DNA of 41,785 nucleotides from an uncultured Erysipelotrichaceae bacterium (GTDB lineage Bacteria; Bacillota_I; Bacilli_A; RFN20; CAG-826): NCBI GenBank assembly GCA_946183085.1, contig CAMGZU010000004.1, positions 1-41,785 of the forward strand, read 5' to 3'. The position numbers were made by a program, and so were the translations under genes. This document shows positions 38,004-41,785 of the stretch, piece by piece. Under the pieces are notes generated by a model. That model was not told the DNA's origin. It did not search any database and saw nothing but the letters and a program-made list of their open reading frames with translations. The stretch's first letter is position 1. Every line of letters begins with the position of its first letter.

Positions 38004-39197
38004 TTATTTTTCGCGCGACAAGCGGAACTTGACGGCATTCTCCAAATACTCGAGGTATTCGTCGTCATCGCTCATCGTCTTGCCGGGCGCGTCGCTTAAT
38101 TTGGCGACGGGCTTGCCATTGACGTGCTGGAGTTTGATGACGATGTTTAACGGCTCGACGCCGGTGTCATTGGAAACGAAGGTTCCGATGCCGAAGGAGA
38201 CCTTCGCGCGGTCTTTGAAGTAGTCGTGAAGCTTCTGGGCTTTGTCGAAGTTCAAAGAATCGCTGAAGAGAAGAGTTTTCGTGCGGGAATCGACGCCGTA
38301 TTTGGCGTAATGCTTGATGATCTTCTCGCCCCATTCGTAAGGATCGCCTGAGTCATGACGGACGCCGGTGTAGTTGTTGACCATTGAGCGGTCGAAGTCT
38401 TTGAGGAAGAGGTCGGTGGTGATGGTGTCGGTTAAGGCCGTGCCATTGTCGCCGCGGTATTCGTCATACCAGTCCTGCATCGCGTAATGGTTGGTATAAG
38501 CAAGCGGGATCCAATCGATGCCTTGATACATCTGGACGAACTCGTGGGCATAGGTGCCGATCGGGGTCAGATGGTATTTCATGGCCAAATAGACGTTGGA
38601 GGTGCCCGCCATGTTCTTCGTCTCATGGGAGAAGCGGCGAACCACTTCGTCCTGCCATTCGCGGGAGAGCCTTCTGCGGCAGCCGAATTCGGCGAACTTG
38701 AAGGTGTATTTGCCATCCTGGAAGGCTTTGATCTTCTCGCTTAAACGCTTAGAGGCTTCTTTGCGAAGCTCCTCATAGTTGTATTTGAAGCGGAAATAGA
38801 CCTCGTTGACGATCTCAAGGAGATAGATTTCGAATTGCATCGCCGAGAAAAGCGGGCCATCGACAAAGAGAATCAATTCGCCTTTTTCGTTGAGCGAGGC
38901 GGACACATAGTCGCGGATCGGATGCCAAAGGCGGAGGAATTCAACGTAGTCAGGCTTGATGAAGCGGATGGAGCGGAGGTAATTGAGCTCATTGCTATGG
39001 AAGCGGAGGGTGCAAAGATGATCGATCTGCGCGTTGATTTCCTCCAGCATCTCCTCGGTGAAGACGACGTTCTTGTTGCGGCACTTAAAGTGATACTCCC
39101 CCATGAGGTCGGTGTGTTTGTGGAACATCACCTGATCCATGTTGAATTTGTAGAGGTCGGTATCAAGAAGCGACTGGATGATAGGTTCGAGTTTCAT
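38004..39197 (-). CDS. pncB: Nicotinate phosphoribosyltransferase
   Basis: LDTDLYKFNM, EFGCRRR, GTSNV, GTYAHE, GVRHDSGDP, FSDSL, AKLSDAPGK. Confidence 0.96.
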   Translation of the reverse strand: MKLEPIIQSLLDTDLYKFNMDQVMFHKHTDLMGEYHFKCRNKNVVFTEEMLEEINAQIDHLCTLRFHSNELNYLRSIRFIKPDYVEFLRLWHPIRDYVSASLNEKGELILFVDGPLFSAMQFEIYLLEIVNEVYFRFKYNYEELRKEASKRLSEKIKAFQDGKYTFKFAEFGCRRRLSREWQDEVVRRFSHETKNMAGTSNVYLAMKYHLTPIGTYAHEFVQMYQGIDWIPLAYTNHYAMQDWYDEYRGDNGTALTDTITTDLFLKDFDRSMVNNYTGVRHDSGDPYEWGEKIIKHYAKYGVDSRTKTLLFSDSLNFDKAQKLHDYFKDRAKVSFGIGTFVSNDTGVEPLNIVIKLQHVNGKPVAKLSDAPGKTMSDDDEYLEYLENAVKFRLSREK

Positions 39198-39202
39198 AAG
39201 GC

Positions 39203-39934
39203 TTAGTTTTCCTTTTCGTATTTGGGCATCGGGAGCAGTTTATGAAGGTTGATCTTGTTGAGGTGGTCGATCCTCGCTTTCACGGCGGGATCCTCGCAAA
39301 CGCCCGTCCGGATGTAACGGTCAAGCACCTCATACGTGAAGCCGAGTTTCTCTTCGTCGGATTTCCCGCTCATGCCATCCTCGGGGATCTTATCGACGAA
39401 GATGGATGGGAGGCCAAGCTCACGGCCAAGTTCCCGGACTTCGGTCTTCGTAAACGAAGAGATGGGCGAGAAGTCGCCTGCGGCGTCCCCGAATTTCGTG
39501 CTATAGCCCACATAGTCTTCCGAAAGATTGCAGGTATTGGCGACGCGCCCACCCACTAAAGCGGAAACGCCATAAAGGACGCTCATACGGATGCGGGCTG
39601 GCGTGTTGGTCTTATAAGCGTCAACTTCATCGGGATCGCGGTCAAAGGCTTCCCCGACCAGGCGCTTTAAGGCGCTCACAGGCTCATCGATGTTGATCTC
39701 GTAATGCGGGATGCCGAGGTATTCGACCAGCTGATAGCTGACGTCGATGTCGTGCTGTTTGCCCCTTGGAAGCATAACGCCGATGACGTTTTCTTTCCCA
39801 AGGGCTTTCACGAGCAAAGCGGCGACCACCGAGGAATCTGTCCCCCCGGAGACGCCGATGACGGCTTTGCATCCTTTTCCGTTCTCCGCGAAGTAGTCGC
39901 GGATCCATTGAATCACCTTTTCCGATTCTTTCAT
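39203..39934 (-). CDS. nadE: NH3-dependent NAD+ synthetase
   Basis: GVSGGTDSS PP-loop, ARIRM, NLSEDYVGYSTKFGD, SDEEKLGFTY; no glutaminase domain. Confidence 0.95.
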   Translation of the reverse strand: MKESEKVIQWIRDYFAENGKGCKAVIGVSGGTDSSVVAALLVKALGKENVIGVMLPRGKQHDIDVSYQLVEYLGIPHYEINIDEPVSALKRLVGEAFDRDPDEVDAYKTNTPARIRMSVLYGVSALVGGRVANTCNLSEDYVGYSTKFGDAAGDFSPISSFTKTEVRELGRELGLPSIFVDKIPEDGMSGKSDEEKLGFTYEVLDRYIRTGVCEDPAVKARIDHLNKINLHKLLPMPKYEKEN

Positions 39935-40042
39935 AAGCTACCTACCGGGGGCATTTTACTCCATTTGGTGCGAATGCTCATTCATTGACTTCGCGCGCAT
40001 TCTTTTTTATTTATTTTTTATAAAGAAAAACGAGGTAGCAAA

Positions 40043-40336
40043 ATGATCAAAATCTACGGCATGCCTTCCTGCCCCTATTGCGCGTATGTTGAAAAGCAAA
40101 TCGAAGGCAACCCAAACTTCCAATACATCGATATTGGAAAAGACGTCCATGACCTCCATGCCTTTTTGGAACTAAGGGACCATGATCCCGTTTTTCTTCC
40201 CTACAAAGAAGAAGGCGACGTCGGTATCCCCTGTTTCGTCTTGGAGGATGGGACGGTGAGCCTTGAACCGAAAGACGTCGGGCTTCACTCACTTAGCGAA
40301 GCAAACGCCTGCCGCGCTGATGGCAGCGGCTGCTAA
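40043..40336 (+). CDS. Glutaredoxin-like protein
   Basis: CPYC active site, GIPCF cis-Pro motif, SD GAGGT. Confidence 0.85.
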   Translation: MIKIYGMPSCPYCAYVEKQIEGNPNFQYIDIGKDVHDLHAFLELRDHDPVFLPYKEEGDVGIPCFVLEDGTVSLEPKDVGLHSLSEANACRADGSGC

Positions 40337-40338
40337 AG

Positions 40339-40375
40339 AAAAAAGCTGCGCGAGCAACGCGCAGCCTTTCTTTTT
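40339..40375. terminator. Bidirectional intrinsic terminator
   Basis: GCTGCGCG-AGCAA-CGCGCAGC flanked by A-run and T-run. Confidence 0.85.
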
Positions 40376-40383
40376 GAATGGAT

Positions 40384-41502
40384 TTATTCCTCTTCGGGGG
40401 TGGGGGTGATGTCCTTATAAGCCGACTTGTCAGTGACTTTGTTGACGGTGACGTCGTCGCCGGAGGTGAAGGTCAATTTGACGCCCGCATCCGAGGTGAG
40501 CGAAACGCTCTTGACCGGGTTGGGGAACTCTTCGGGAAGCTCGACGTTAGCGGAGGCGAATTCCGCGGTGGCGAAATTTTCCTTCAAGCCGATCGAGACG
40601 AGGCCTTTTTCCGAGAAGACAATAACGGTGTTGAGGGTGCCGGTGATCTTATCCATGCCCTCGACTTCCGGAAGGACGCCGAAGGTGCTGACGGTCTCCA
40701 TGATTTCGGAGGCGGTGAAGCCAGCGGTAAAGCCATAAGTGCCATCGGTGTACTTCTTGAAGGCCACGCTTTCGCCCGGGACCGTGGTGCCATCGGCTAG
40801 CCCATTCGCAACGCCGTCAAGCAGCGACCCAATCACATTTGGGAGGCTGGGGAGCAAGAAAGTGATAAGGCCCGGCTCCATAGCCACTTTGACTTTGGAG
40901 AAGATGTCGCTGGTATCGATTTCGATGCCGGCTCCAGCGGCAAAGCCAAGGAGGTCCGTGGCAAGATTGCCAAGGGGCTGTAAGCCAGTAAGATCGGCAT
41001 AGATGGTGTTCTCTTCGTAAGAAACGGTGGCAGAGAGCTCCGAATTCACGTTTTCGTGGACGTCTTTGGTGACGATGGCCTCTTCGGTGCTCTTTTCGCT
41101 ATCCGGAGTGAAGAGGTTGACGTCGGCGTTGAGCTTGCCTTTTAAATCGGCGCTCGCGGCAAATCCAGCCTGTAAGATGCCTTCATCGAAACGGGAAGCG
41201 AAGTTGGCTTCTAGGCCCGAAAGATCAAAGGTGCTCGTGTAAGATTCGCCATAGCCAGACATCCCTTCGGCAGCCTGGGTTTTGATGGTGAGCGAGGCTT
41301 TGGCATAGCCTTCCGCTTTGAAGCCAAGTCCTTTGGTCTCGCTAAGCGCTTTGGCGGCGTCTTTGATGACCGGGGCGGCCTCTTTGGCGGTCAGGGTCTT
41401 CTCGACGGTCGGCTCCGCGATCGGGTTAAAGCCGGCGTCTTCGCCGCAACCGGCGAGCACGAGCGGGGCGAGGGCAAGGAGTAAAAGTTTATTTTTCTTC
41501 AT
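40384..41502 (-). CDS. Lipoprotein of unknown function, beta-rich
   Basis: MKKNK, hydrophobic stretch, LAGC lipobox; SD GAAAGGA. Confidence 0.85.
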   Translation of the reverse strand: MKKNKLLLLALAPLVLAGCGEDAGFNPIAEPTVEKTLTAKEAAPVIKDAAKALSETKGLGFKAEGYAKASLTIKTQAAEGMSGYGESYTSTFDLSGLEANFASRFDEGILQAGFAASADLKGKLNADVNLFTPDSEKSTEEAIVTKDVHENVNSELSATVSYEENTIYADLTGLQPLGNLATDLLGFAAGAGIEIDTSDIFSKVKVAMEPGLITFLLPSLPNVIGSLLDGVANGLADGTTVPGESVAFKKYTDGTYGFTAGFTASEIMETVSTFGVLPEVEGMDKITGTLNTVIVFSEKGLVSIGLKENFATAEFASANVELPEEFPNPVKSVSLTSDAGVKLTFTSGDDVTVNKVTDKSAYKDITPTPEEE

Positions 41503-41785
41503 GAATAAATTTCCTTTCTTTCTTCTTGTTACGCTTAAATCTTCCTTCTTTCGGGGTCAAAGTCAATCGTTTTCTTATAGAAAAACGTTTCTGACGAAAA
41601 ACGAAAAATCCTAAAAACCTCCATGTTCGTGGGAAGGTCTTCCACAAACTCTTTTTCTTTTTGGTGAATCTCGGCAAGAGAAAAATAAACCAAAAAAATG
41701 GGAGTTTTTTCAATCGCTTAATAATAAATTATAGGGCTTTTTTCATCTTTGTTCAAATTGTTTTTGATTATTAGGGCGCTCTGTT

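Overview
Chromosomal window from a GC-rich Bacillota (Firmicutes) genome using the standard genetic code. Gene content and style suggest an uncultured gut Bacilli lineage, which is inference only. About 36 kb (5.8-41.8 kb) is mostly minus-strand housekeeping: GH13 glycosidase, lysophospholipase-type hydrolase, galE, DUF1836, gatBAC, ligA, pcrA, asnS, tsaD, a tsaB-rimI fusion, tsaE, DUF402, a TPP-riboswitch-controlled ThiT fusion, ung, flavodiiron protein, HAD, DegV, Nudix, pncB, nadE, glutaredoxin-like protein and a lipoprotein. Four candidates stand out. (1) An accessory island at the left edge: a truncated YafY/WYL-type HTH regulator missed by the ORF track, divergent from an AT-richer three-gene operon whose middle gene has a HEPN-like C-terminal domain. 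(2) Converging on it, an operon of a Ser1 proteasome/HslV-like Ntn protease, a small unknown protein and a SpoVK/CbxX-type AAA+ ATPase. (3) An ECF sigma factor translationally coupled to a single-pass membrane serpin with an atypical hinge, in the anti-sigma position, a possible protease-sensing signalling module. (4) An ~100-nt intergenic candidate sRNA with its own promoter, terminator and two C-rich loops. I also found a 51-aa membrane ORF below the track cutoff, several apparently leaderless genes, and a TPP aptamer without an obvious P1 helix. No rRNA, tRNA, CRISPR array, integrase or transposase was recognised. All family calls are motif recognition by eye, not database searches.
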